From NCBI GenBank assembly GCA_050010955.1, contig JBEKJZ010000002.1, positions 10,961-74,960 on the forward strand: a stretch of 64,000 bases of DNA. Direction: 5' to 3'. Under the pieces are notes generated by a model that did no database searches, was not told the origin of the DNA, and was given only the letters and a program-made list of their open reading frames with translations. This document shows positions 32,808 to 40,583 of this stretch, piece after piece. The first letter of the stretch is position 1; every line of letters begins with the position of its first letter. The stretch comes from Xanthobacteraceae bacterium. GTDB taxonomy: Bacteria > Pseudomonadota > Alphaproteobacteria > Rhizobiales > Xanthobacteraceae. The position numbers and the translations under genes are program-made.

Positions 32808-32832
32808 AACGTGGCGACCCGAGCGCGGTTCC
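32808..32832 (-). promoter_or_regulatory. consensus EcfG (GSR) promoter
   Basis: Minus strand GGAAC (32828-32832)-N16-CGTT (32808-32811), about 90 nt upstream of ATG 32715. Confidence 0.6.
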
Positions 32833-32910
32833 GCAATGCGCCGAAAAATTCACCGTGTCGTGATACCGCTCACACCTGCGTGATGATGCCCGCACCGCCC
32901 GCGGGGTGGC

Positions 32911-32935
32911 GGAACAAACGCCCGAGCCGCGCTTT
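32911..32935 (+). promoter_or_regulatory. near-consensus EcfG-type promoter in front of the candidate sRNA
   Basis: GGAAC (32911-32915)-N16-CTTT (32932-35), one mismatch in the -10. Confidence 0.35.
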
Positions 32936-32943
32936 ATCGTGCG

Positions 32944-33031
32944 GACCGGCCATCCCTTCCCCCTCCCCCCGTGCTTGGCCGGCCATCGTGGGCGCAGCTG
33001 ATGGACCGATCAGCTGCGCCCTAATTTTTTT
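32944..33031 (+). ncRNA. candidate GsrN-like small RNA (C-rich loop hairpin plus intrinsic terminator)
   Basis: CCGGCC (32946-51) / GGCCGG (32977-82) stem encloses a 25-nt loop AUCCCUUCCCCCUCCCCCCGUGCUU, followed by the terminator at 32990-33031. There is no + strand CDS upstream. The 5' end is inferred only. Confidence 0.4.
32990..33031 (+). terminator. rho-independent terminator (orphan on the + strand)
   Basis: 13-bp perfect stem GGGCGCAGCTGAT (32990-33002) / ATCAGCTGCGCCC (33009-33021), 6-nt loop, then TAA+T7 (33025-33031). Confidence 0.75.
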
Positions 33032-33119
33032 GTGGGAGAGACACCACGCCGTCATGCCCCACCGCAGGCTGGGCATCTCCGCTTAGAGACATACCAGGCG
33101 CAAAGAGCGCAAAACGTAG

Positions 33120-33181
33120 ATGGCCGGGACAAGTTTACAGCCGGGCCGGCCACTTCGGGCCGGACCCGGTTGCCCGGCCAT
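33120..33181. repeat. REP-like long palindrome downstream of phyR
   Basis: ATGGCCGGG (33120-28) ... CCCGGCCAT (33173-81) with nested CCGGG/CCGGCC pairs. It contains a 30-nt module also present at 37529-37557. Confidence 0.6.
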
Positions 33182-33215
33182 GACGCTACGGAGGAGTAAT
33201 GAGTGAGAGAGAAAG

Positions 33216-34019
33216 CTAGGCCGTCGGCTGCCGCTCGCGCTGACGCGCCTTGCGGCCGAAAAACAGGGCCTGGCTGGCAACCGCCGATACCACCGCGAGC
33301 TGAAACGGCTTGGCGATGAGGAACGCCGGCTCCGGACGCTGGCCCGTGAGGAACCGCTCGGGGTAGGCGGTGATGAAAATCACCGGCACTTCGAACGTGT
33401 CGAGAAGCTCGTTCACGGCGTCAAGACCCGAGCTGCCGTCGGCCAGCTGGATGTCCGCCAGGATCAACCCGGGCCGTTTCTTCCGGGCGAGCGCAATCGC
33501 CTCGGTATGGGTGCGGGCGACGCCAATAATTCTGTGGCCCAAGCTCTCCACCAGCGCCTCGATATCCATGGCGATGAAGGTTTCGTCCTCGATGATCAGG
33601 ACGTCGGTCGCGATCTCGTCAGCGAGCTCCCGTCCGGATTCTTCGACCAGACCGCGCAAGGTGGGAAGATCGCAGTCAAGAATTTGCGCGGCATCCTCCT
33701 CCGAGAAACCCTCGAGCGCCACCAGCAGGAAGGCTTGGCGCGGACGCGGCGTGATCTGCGTAAGGTGCTGTTCGGGCAGGAGATTCGGTTCGGCGGCATC
33801 GGCTTTGCCGTTCACCGCGACCGAGTTCCAGATCTTGGTGAAGAGCCGATAAAGCACGACACGCTGGTTGGGGCCGGAATCGATGATCTTGGGGCTGGCA
33901 ATAAGCGATTCCAGGGTGGCCGCGACGTAGGCGTCGCCGGATGCCTGGGTGCCGGTCAGCGCGCGAGCATACCGCCGTAAGAACGGCAGGTGCTGGAGTA
34001 CCGCTTGTGAGGTCGACAA
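33216..34019 (-). CDS. phyR: anti-anti-sigma factor / response regulator PhyR
   Basis: Sigma-like N-domain (..LQHLPFLRRYARALTG..) plus receiver domain (LIIEDE..ILADIQLADGSSG). TTG start at 34019 has GGAGGG 5 nt upstream; the track ORF runs on to 34295. Confidence 0.9.
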   Translation of the reverse strand: MSTSQAVLQHLPFLRRYARALTGTQASGDAYVAATLESLIASPKIIDSGPNQRVVLYRLFTKIWNSVAVNGKADAAEPNLLPEQHLTQITPRPRQAFLLVALEGFSEEDAAQILDCDLPTLRGLVEESGRELADEIATDVLIIEDETFIAMDIEALVESLGHRIIGVARTHTEAIALARKKRPGLILADIQLADGSSGLDAVNELLDTFEVPVIFITAYPERFLTGQRPEPAFLIAKPFQLAVVSAVASQALFFGRKARQRERQPTA

Positions 34020-34058
34020 AGAACCCTCCCCTTCCAAGTTCCCGAGGCTACGGGCTAC

Positions 34059-34083
34059 AACGTCGCTGCGCAACCAAGGTTCC
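34059..34083 (-). promoter_or_regulatory. consensus EcfG (GSR) promoter for phyR
   Basis: Minus strand GGAAC (34079-83)-N16-CGTT (34059-62), about 40 nt upstream of the TTG start. Confidence 0.7.
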
Positions 34084-34103
34084 AAAAAACAGTTCCCGCA
34101 GCC

Positions 34104-34128
34104 GGAACCAACGCTAGAGACAGGCGTT
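34104..34128 (+). promoter_or_regulatory. consensus EcfG (GSR) promoter for nepR-ecfG
   Basis: GGAAC (34104-08)-N16-CGTT (34125-28), about 70 nt upstream of the nepR ATG. Confidence 0.7.
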
Positions 34129-34197
34129 GGTGGCCAGCGATGAGGGGAGCGCCATGCGGAATTCCGGTGGACGACGCTAACGGGGGCATGACGAAAA

Positions 34198-34443
34198 ATG
34201 AAGACCGGTAAGACAGTTATCATCGAGCCCCCGGCACCGAACGAAGCCAAGCCGGAAGCCCGGGACGCCATGGGAAGGCCAGTCACGCAACGCAAGAGCG
34301 AGGTTCGCCTTGGGCGCGAGGTTCAGGCGCGCATCGGACAGCAGTTGCGCGCCATGTATGACGAAGTCGTCAGCGAAGGCGTGCCGCAGCATATCTCCGA
34401 CCTAGTTCGCCGGTTGAGCGACCGAGATGATGGGGCGGCATGA
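34198..34443 (+). CDS. nepR: anti-sigma factor NepR
   Basis: ..IGQQLRAMYDEVVSEGVPQHISDLVRRL.. is the NepR signature. ATGA overlap with ecfG. An internal start at 34270 is possible. Confidence 0.8.
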   Translation: MKTGKTVIIEPPAPNEAKPEARDAMGRPVTQRKSEVRLGREVQARIGQQLRAMYDEVVSEGVPQHISDLVRRLSDRDDGAA

Positions 34444-34991
34444 AGCTCGATCCTGCCATACGCGATCAAGTGCTTGCGACGGTGCCGAGCCTGCGCGCCT
34501 TCGCCATCTCGTTGTGCGGCAACATCGACCGCGCCGACGATCTGGTGCAGGAGACCTTGCTGCGCGCGCTTGCCCATATCGACTCGTTTCAGCCCGGCAC
34601 CAACATGCCGGCGTGGCTCTTCACCATCCTGCGCAATCTGTTCCGCTCCGAATACCGCAAGCGACGGCGCGAGGTCGAGGACGCCGATGGCCGCTACGCC
34701 GAGACCCTCAAATCGCACCCCGAGCAGACCGGTCGTGTCGAGTTCAGCGAGTTCCGCGCCGCGCTTGCCAAGCTGCCGTCGGAGCAGCGCGAAGCGCTGA
34801 TCCTGGTCGGCGCCTCGGGTTTCTCCTACGAGGACGCCGCAGCGATCTGCGGCTGCGCGGTCGGCACCATCAAAAGCCGGGTCAACCGCGCCCGCACGCG
34901 GCTTGCCGACCTGTTGGCGATCGACAGCGTCGACGATTTTGGCCCCGACCGGACCACGCGCGCCGTGCTCGCCGGCGGCGGCCGGACCTAG
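34440..34991 (+). CDS. ecfG: ECF sigma factor EcfG (general stress response)
   Basis: 183 aa; sigma-70 regions 2 and 4 (DDLVQETLLRA.., ..SYEDAAAICGCAVGTIKSRVNRAR). Confidence 0.9.
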   Translation: MKLDPAIRDQVLATVPSLRAFAISLCGNIDRADDLVQETLLRALAHIDSFQPGTNMPAWLFTILRNLFRSEYRKRRREVEDADGRYAETLKSHPEQTGRVEFSEFRAALAKLPSEQREALILVGASGFSYEDAAAICGCAVGTIKSRVNRARTRLADLLAIDSVDDFGPDRTTRAVLAGGGRT

Positions 34992-35004
34992 GCAACTGCC
35001 CCAG

Positions 35005-35463
35005 CTAAAACATCGTGTTGGCGTTAGCGGATTTTTCCGGGATCTCCTGAATGACGTCCCAATGCTCGACGATTTTGCCGTTCTCGAGCTTGAAAATATT
35101 GATGATCGCGGAGCCCCGACTGCCGGGCACCCGCACGCTATGAACGTGCTGGATGACATAATCCCCGTCCACAAAGACGTGTTTCACCTCGCTGCGTGAC
35201 TCGGGGAATTTCTCTCGCAGGAAGTTTATGAAGGCCTTGAGCCCTTCCGGCCCGTCGGCGGCGTTGGGATTGTGCTGGATGTAGCGCGGGCCGAGGAATT
35301 TGGCAGCTGCCTCGAAGTCCTTCCGGTTGAGCGCCAGCTCGTAAAATTCCGCCACGACCTTCTTATTATTCTCTTCCATCTGCGTGGCGTTGGCAATGCA
35401 ATCGGCCGCATAGGCGGCAGGGGTGAGCGCGATCAGCGTGGCGGCGAGGAGCAGGCGAAGCAT
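35005..35463 (-). CDS. SnoaL-like / NTF2-fold protein with signal peptide
   Basis: MLRLLLAATLIALTPAAYA signal; ..VVAEFYELALNRKDFEAAAKFLGPRYIQHNP.. SnoaL-like; 32 nt downstream of dctM. Confidence 0.8.
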   Translation of the reverse strand: MLRLLLAATLIALTPAAYAADCIANATQMEENNKKVVAEFYELALNRKDFEAAAKFLGPRYIQHNPNAADGPEGLKAFINFLREKFPESRSEVKHVFVDGDYVIQHVHSVRVPGSRGSAIINIFKLENGKIVEHWDVIQEIPEKSANANTMF

Positions 35464-35495
35464 GGCGAATCTCCCTGTTCTTTGCGAGTTGACTG

Positions 35496-36794
35496 CTACA
35501 TGTGCGACGGCAAATAGAGCGCCAGCATAGGGAACGAGATCAAGATCACCAGGCGGATGAGATCGGTCACGATGAACGGCAGCACGCCCTTGAATATCGT
35601 TGTAAACGTCACGTCCTGCACCACGCTCTTGATCACGAACACGTTCATGCCGACCGGCGGATGGATGAGGCCGAGCTCGACCGTCATCACGATGATGACG
35701 CCGAACCAGATCGGATCGAAGCCGAGCTGGGTGATCACCGGGAAGATGATCGGAATGGTCAGGATGATCATGGCGAGCGCATCCATCAGACAGCCGAGCA
35801 CCAGATACATCAGCATGATCAGCGCCAGCACGCCGTAGCGGCCGAGCCCGAGCCCGGTGAGCAGAGCGGTGACCTTTTGCGGCGTCTGCGTCACCGTGAG
35901 GAAATAACCGAACAGCAGCGCGCCGATCAGCACGGTGAGCACCGCGGCGGCGGTGCGCACGGCCTGCAGCAGCGAGCGGCGGATGTCCGGCCGCGTCAGC
36001 CTGCGACGCGCCACACCGATCAGCAGGGCGCCGATCGCGCCCATGCCGCCGGCTTCCGTCGGCGTAAACAGCCCGCCATAGAGCCCGCCGATGACGAAGA
36101 CGAAGAGAGCGAGCATCGCCCAGATGTCGCGTAATCCGGCGAAGCGCTCCTGCCAGGAATGGCGCGGCGCCGCCGGCAGGAATTTGGGCCGTAGGCGGCC
36201 GATGATGACGATGGTGAGCATGTCCATCGCCGCGGCCAGCAGTCCCGGAATGATGCCGGCGATGAACAGTTTGCCGATGTCCTGCTCGGTGATGATGCCG
36301 TAGACGGCGAGCACCGTCGACGGCGGCAGCATGGCGCCGAGCGTGCCGCCGGCGGCGATCACCCCGGTGGCGAACGATTGCGGATAGTCGTAGCGCCGCA
36401 TTTCGGGATAGGCGACGGTGGCGAAGGTGGCGGCGGTCGCCACCGACGAACCCGAGATCGCGGCAAAGCCGGCGCAGGCCGCGACGGTGGCGATGCCCAG
36501 CCCGCCCTTGAAATGCCCGACAAACGCATTGGCGGCGCGGAACAGCTCGCGGCTCATGCCGGAGTTGGACACGAACGCGCCCATCAGCAGAAACATCGGA
36601 ATAACGCCGAAGGTGTAATCGGTCACCGTGCGCATCGAGGTGTGGCCGACGATTTTCAGCGCCGCCTCGCCGTTGACGAGGTAGGCGAAGCCGCTCACGC
36701 CGACGAGGCCCATCGCCATGCCCACCGGCACGCGCAGCAGCATCAGCGCGAACAGCACGACAAAGCCGAGGATGGCGACCAGGTCGGTGCTCAC
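35496..36794 (-). CDS. dctM: TRAP transporter large permease
   Basis: 432 aa, about 12 TM, typical DctM N-terminus. Confidence 0.93.
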   Translation of the reverse strand: MSTDLVAILGFVVLFALMLLRVPVGMAMGLVGVSGFAYLVNGEAALKIVGHTSMRTVTDYTFGVIPMFLLMGAFVSNSGMSRELFRAANAFVGHFKGGLGIATVAACAGFAAISGSSVATAATFATVAYPEMRRYDYPQSFATGVIAAGGTLGAMLPPSTVLAVYGIITEQDIGKLFIAGIIPGLLAAAMDMLTIVIIGRLRPKFLPAAPRHSWQERFAGLRDIWAMLALFVFVIGGLYGGLFTPTEAGGMGAIGALLIGVARRRLTRPDIRRSLLQAVRTAAAVLTVLIGALLFGYFLTVTQTPQKVTALLTGLGLGRYGVLALIMLMYLVLGCLMDALAMIILTIPIIFPVITQLGFDPIWFGVIIVMTVELGLIHPPVGMNVFVIKSVVQDVTFTTIFKGVLPFIVTDLIRLVILISFPMLALYLPSHM

Positions 36795-36808
36795 ATGCGC
36801 CTCTTAGA

Positions 36809-36852
36809 GCGCGTCCAGGAAAAGTGGAAACCGGTTTTCCGTCCGGACGCGC
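36809..36852 (-). repeat. REP-like palindromic element, copy 4 (opposite orientation, variant outer arms)
   Basis: GCGCGTCC (36809-16) ... GGACGCGC (36845-52) enclose GGAAAAGTGGAAACCGGTTTTCC; lies between dctQ and dctM. Confidence 0.8.
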
Positions 36853-36867
36853 GATGCAGATTCGGTC

Positions 36868-37419
36868 TCATTCGACCGGCTTGATCTGATAGCGCCAGCC
36901 CAGCAGCTCCGGATGGACAATCAGCCGATAGGTGCGAACGGCGATCAACAGCACCGCCGAGACGTCGCCGAGCCAGGAGACCAGGAAAAACGGCCAGACC
37001 GGCAGGCGCAGGTCGAAGGTCGATACGTTCTCGGCCCACGTGCTTACGACCTTGTCGAACAAGGTGTAGGTCTGCACCGTCACGACGAACAACAGCACCA
37101 GCGTGGCAAACACATCGATGTAGCGCTGCATCCGCGGGCCGACATTGGCATAGAGTAGATCGACGGTGATGTGCGTGCCGCGGTACGACGTTGCCGCGAT
37201 GCCCCAGAAGATCAGGATGCCGAGCAACAAGCGGCCGAAATCATAGCTGTCGGGAATCTGCACGGCGAAAAAGTAACGCAGCAGAACCGAGACGAAGATA
37301 TCGATGGCGACGATGCCGGCGAAGAATGCGGCGATCAGTTCGATTCCATCGATGAAGCGGTCCATGACATTGCGCGGCGGCCGGGCGCCTTGCAGGGTTT
37401 GCTCTTGCCGCTCAACCAT
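36868..37419 (-). CDS. dctQ: TRAP transporter small permease
   Basis: 183 aa, 4 TM, positioned between dctP and dctM. Confidence 0.88.
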   Translation of the reverse strand: MVERQEQTLQGARPPRNVMDRFIDGIELIAAFFAGIVAIDIFVSVLLRYFFAVQIPDSYDFGRLLLGILIFWGIAATSYRGTHITVDLLYANVGPRMQRYIDVFATLVLLFVVTVQTYTLFDKVVSTWAENVSTFDLRLPVWPFFLVSWLGDVSAVLLIAVRTYRLIVHPELLGWRYQIKPVE

Positions 37420-37438
37420 AAGCCACCAAATCTCTAAC

Positions 37439-37577
37439 CGTCATCCTGAGGTGCGCGGCAAAGCCGCGCCTCGAAGGATGCGGCCAAGACCGGGCCGTCG
37501 CCCTTCGAGGGCCGCGGAGCCTGTCATCGGGCCGGTCATTTCGGGCCGGACCCGTTGGCGGCCGCCTCAGGGTGACG
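37439..37577. repeat. 139-bp element with 13-bp terminal inverted repeats and nested hairpins (REP/MITE-like)
   Basis: CGTCATCCTGAGG (37439-51) / CCTCAGGGTGACG (37565-77). Internal GCGCGGC-AAA-GCCGCGC and CCTCGAAGG (37469-77) / CCTTCGAGG (37502-10). Fills the dctP-dctQ spacer. Confidence 0.6.
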
Positions 37578-37587
37578 AAATCAGGTT

Positions 37588-38622
37588 TCAATAACTGGAA
37601 TTGTACGTGGCCAGCTCCGCCTTGAGCTCCTTGAGCACCGTGTCTGGATCGTTACCGGTCTTTTTCACCGCGTTGGACCAACTCTGCACCACGGGACCCG
37701 TCGCGGCTTTCCATTCTCCGAGCTGCGCATCCGTGAGCGGGTAAACCTCGTGGCCTGGCTCGGCTTTGAGCTTGGCGATGCCGGCATGCTCAAAATCCGC
37801 CCAGGGCGCGGCGACCCGTTCCGCCCATTGCGTGTTGCAGTGGCCATCGATCACGATCTGCTGCGAGGGCGACATCTGCGCGTAGGTCGACTTGTTCATC
37901 ACCCAGACGAAGCTCGTGGTGTAGAGCGCGGCGTCGATATGGTACTTGGTCACCTTGTCGATGCCGAACAGCACCAGCGAACCCCATGGGAAAGTGACCG
38001 CATCGGCCACGCCCTTCTCAATGACATCGCGCACCTCGGGCGCCGACGCCTGCACATTGTAGCCGCCGAGCTCGGTGACCAGGGAAGCGATCGTCGCGTG
38101 CGCCGGCCGGATCTTCATGCCTTTAATGTCGGCCGGCACCACGATCTTCTTGGTGCGCGAATGGAGCGAGCCGGGCTCGTGGGCGAAGGCGAAGCAGAAC
38201 TTGACGTCCTTCATTTCCTTGCCGGCGTATTTGCGGTACCAGGCGTCGAGCGCCTCGGAGCCGCCCTTGCCGTTGGCCAGCATGAACGGCAGGTTGCCGG
38301 CATCGAAGATCGGGAAGCGGCCGGGCTGATAGCCGGGATTGACGTAGGTCACGTCGGCAATGCCGTCGCGCGCCATGTCGTAATGGTCGAACGCCTTGCC
38401 GAGCTGCTGCGCCGGATAGACCTTGTATTTGATGGTGCCGCCGGAATCCTTCTCGACCGAGGCGCCCCAATCCTCCAGCGCCTTCTGCAACGGATGCGAC
38501 GGCGGTACCCAATGCGACAGCTTGAGCTCGAAGGTCTTGTCCTCGGCCGCGGCCGCGGCGATTCCGAGTGCGAGGCCGAGCATCGCGAGGCCGCAAAGCG
38601 TTCCTGGGCGCGTCCGGCGCAT
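37588..38622 (-). CDS. dctP: TRAP transporter substrate-binding protein
   Basis: Start MRRTRPG.. (ATG 38622) with GGGGAGGG 5 nt upstream; signal peptide, then a DctP-like fold. Confidence 0.9.
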   Translation of the reverse strand: MRRTRPGTLCGLAMLGLALGIAAAAAEDKTFELKLSHWVPPSHPLQKALEDWGASVEKDSGGTIKYKVYPAQQLGKAFDHYDMARDGIADVTYVNPGYQPGRFPIFDAGNLPFMLANGKGGSEALDAWYRKYAGKEMKDVKFCFAFAHEPGSLHSRTKKIVVPADIKGMKIRPAHATIASLVTELGGYNVQASAPEVRDVIEKGVADAVTFPWGSLVLFGIDKVTKYHIDAALYTTSFVWVMNKSTYAQMSPSQQIVIDGHCNTQWAERVAAPWADFEHAGIAKLKAEPGHEVYPLTDAQLGEWKAATGPVVQSWSNAVKKTGNDPDTVLKELKAELATYNSSY

Positions 38623-38773
38623 CAAGCCCTCCCCTGTGGCGATTAGTTGCAGTCCCAACTGATTCATCTAAGCGGAAAAGCCTCGCTCTGTATAGCAGCG
38701 GGCGCGATACGCGTTCACGCTCAGGAAACAGGTTGGCCTCGTCCAAGGAGGCGCAGCTCGCGGCGCAATTGCG

Positions 38774-39259
38774 TTACATCTCTCCGCCGTAGGGTCCTTG
38801 CGGATCGGCCAACGCCTGCAAGCGCAGCGCCGCCGCGTGCGCAAAGCGCAGCATCACCGTCTTGCGCCGCGCCGGTACCAGCCGGTGCTCGGGCGCCTCG
38901 CAAACGATCGAGGCGCCGAAGGCATCCGCCACGATCAGGCCGGCGTCCGCCGGAAATATCTCGCACGGCACATCGACGATCGTGGCGAAGAACAGCCGGT
39001 CGCAATGCAAGCGGTAGTCCATCCACTTCTGGTCGGCGCGGAAGTCGGCGACGGAGGATTTGATTTCCACAATCAGGATTTCGCCGTCGCCGCCGAGCGC
39101 GACGAGATCAGCCCGCCGCCCGGACGGCAGCGGCAGTTCGCTCACCACGCAATAGCCGAGCGCATGCAGAAACCGCGCGGTGCCGCGCGCGATAGCGAGC
39201 GCGGTCTGCGATTGCCGTCCATCGACCGGCATCGCCGCCGGCAGCAGGTTGACGCTCAT
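38774..39259 (-). CDS. MmcB family DNA repair protein
   Basis: ..GRRADLVALGGDGEILIVEIKSSVADFRADQKWMDYRLHCDRLFFA.. is typical of MmcB. Confidence 0.8.
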   Translation of the reverse strand: MSVNLLPAAMPVDGRQSQTALAIARGTARFLHALGYCVVSELPLPSGRRADLVALGGDGEILIVEIKSSVADFRADQKWMDYRLHCDRLFFATIVDVPCEIFPADAGLIVADAFGASIVCEAPEHRLVPARRKTVMLRFAHAAALRLQALADPQGPYGGEM

Positions 39260-39380
39260 CGTCAAAATTCCAGGAAGCGGCAAGTTCGGCGAACGCCGAA
39301 AATCGAGCTTACGCACGCCACGGACTCCGACTGCGCAATCGCGGTGTCGTCCCCGCGCGGGAATGGCCCCTGCAAGCCCC

Positions 39381-40487
39381 TCATTCTGCCGCGCCGGCGC
39401 GCTCCGGAAAAGCCCCCTTAAGCGCCGCGCGCGAGGCCGCGATGACGCCGCGCTCCGTGATCAGGCCCGTCACCAGCCGTGCCGGGGTCACGTCGAAGCC
39501 GTAATTTGCTACCGGCGAGCCCTCCGGCGCGATGCGCACCGTCTCGATGCGGCCGTCGGCGGTGCGTCCAGTCATGGTCGCCACCTCGTCGGCGCCGCGC
39601 CTCTCGATCGGTATCTCGGTGACGCCGTCGGCCACGGTGAAATCGATGGTCGGCGACGGCAGCGCCACATAGAACGGTACGTTGTTGTCGCGCGCGGCGA
39701 GCGCCTTCAAATAGGTTCCGATCTTGTTGCAGACGTCGCCATTGGCGGTGACGCGGTCGGTGCCGACGATGACCAGGTCCACCAGGCCGTGCTGCATCAG
39801 ATGGCCGCCGGTATTGTCGGCGATCAAGGTATGCGGCACGCCGTGCTGGCCGAGCTCCCAGGCGGTGAGCGAAGCGCCCTGGTTGCGCGGCCGCGTTTCG
39901 TCGGCGAATACGTGAATGGCGATGCCCCTGTCGTGCGCCAGATAGATCGGCGCCGTGGCGGTGCCGACATCGACCGCCGCCAGCCAGCCGGCGTTGCAAT
40001 GGGTGAGCACGTTGACCGGCTCGCCGGGCTTCTTGCGGGCGGCGACGGCTTCGATCAGCGGCAGGCCGTTGCGGGCAATCGCGCTATTGATGGCGACGTC
40101 CTCCTCGCAGATCTCGGCCGCGCGCCGATAGGCCGCGGCGGTGCGCTCGGCGCGCGGCCGGTTGCGCACCGCCGCCATCATCTCCTCGAGCGCCCATTTC
40201 AGATTGATCGCCGTCGGCCGCGTCGCGATCAGCGTGGCGTAGGCGCGCTCCAGCGCTTCGTCGGAGGCGTCCTCGCGCAGCGCCAGGCACATGCCATAGG
40301 CCGCGGTGGCGCCGATCAGCGGCGCGCCGCGGATCACCATGGCGCGGATTGCATGCGCGGCATCCTGCAGTTTCTCAAGTCGGGCCGTGGCGAAACGATG
40401 CGGCAGCGCCGTCTGATCGATCACGCCGACCGACCAGCCGTCCGTTTCGACCCAGATGCTGCGCATGGCCTTGCCGTCGACCTTCAT
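39381..40487 (-). CDS. mtnA: S-methyl-5-thioribose-1-phosphate isomerase
   Basis: 368 aa from MKVDGK (ATG 40487); ..IRGAPLIGATAAYG.., ..THCNAG.., ..VGTDRVTANGDVCNKIGTY... The upstream part of the 654-aa track ORF is spurious. Confidence 0.9.
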   Translation of the reverse strand: MKVDGKAMRSIWVETDGWSVGVIDQTALPHRFATARLEKLQDAAHAIRAMVIRGAPLIGATAAYGMCLALREDASDEALERAYATLIATRPTAINLKWALEEMMAAVRNRPRAERTAAAYRRAAEICEEDVAINSAIARNGLPLIEAVAARKKPGEPVNVLTHCNAGWLAAVDVGTATAPIYLAHDRGIAIHVFADETRPRNQGASLTAWELGQHGVPHTLIADNTGGHLMQHGLVDLVIVGTDRVTANGDVCNKIGTYLKALAARDNNVPFYVALPSPTIDFTVADGVTEIPIERRGADEVATMTGRTADGRIETVRIAPEGSPVANYGFDVTPARLVTGLITERGVIAASRAALKGAFPERAGAAE

Positions 40488-40583
40488 GAGCAACCTTTTA
40501 TGAGCATGAACCGTTCTTATGTCGCACGGCTTGCCCGCGCAACGCCCTTGCCGCAATCTCGTACCACGCGCTGGAGACGCCGA

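Noticed and set aside
32676-33086. 136-aa + strand and 68-aa - strand ORFs in the gap next to phyR
   Set aside because: The translations are Pro/Arg/Gly-rich and derive from REP-like and C-tract sequence. They have no SD and cross a strong terminator hairpin.
39180-40583. N-terminal about 470 codons of the 749-aa + strand ORF
   Set aside because: This part is antisense to mtnA and looks non-protein-like. Only the C-terminal alpha/beta hydrolase portion, from ATG 40584, looks real.
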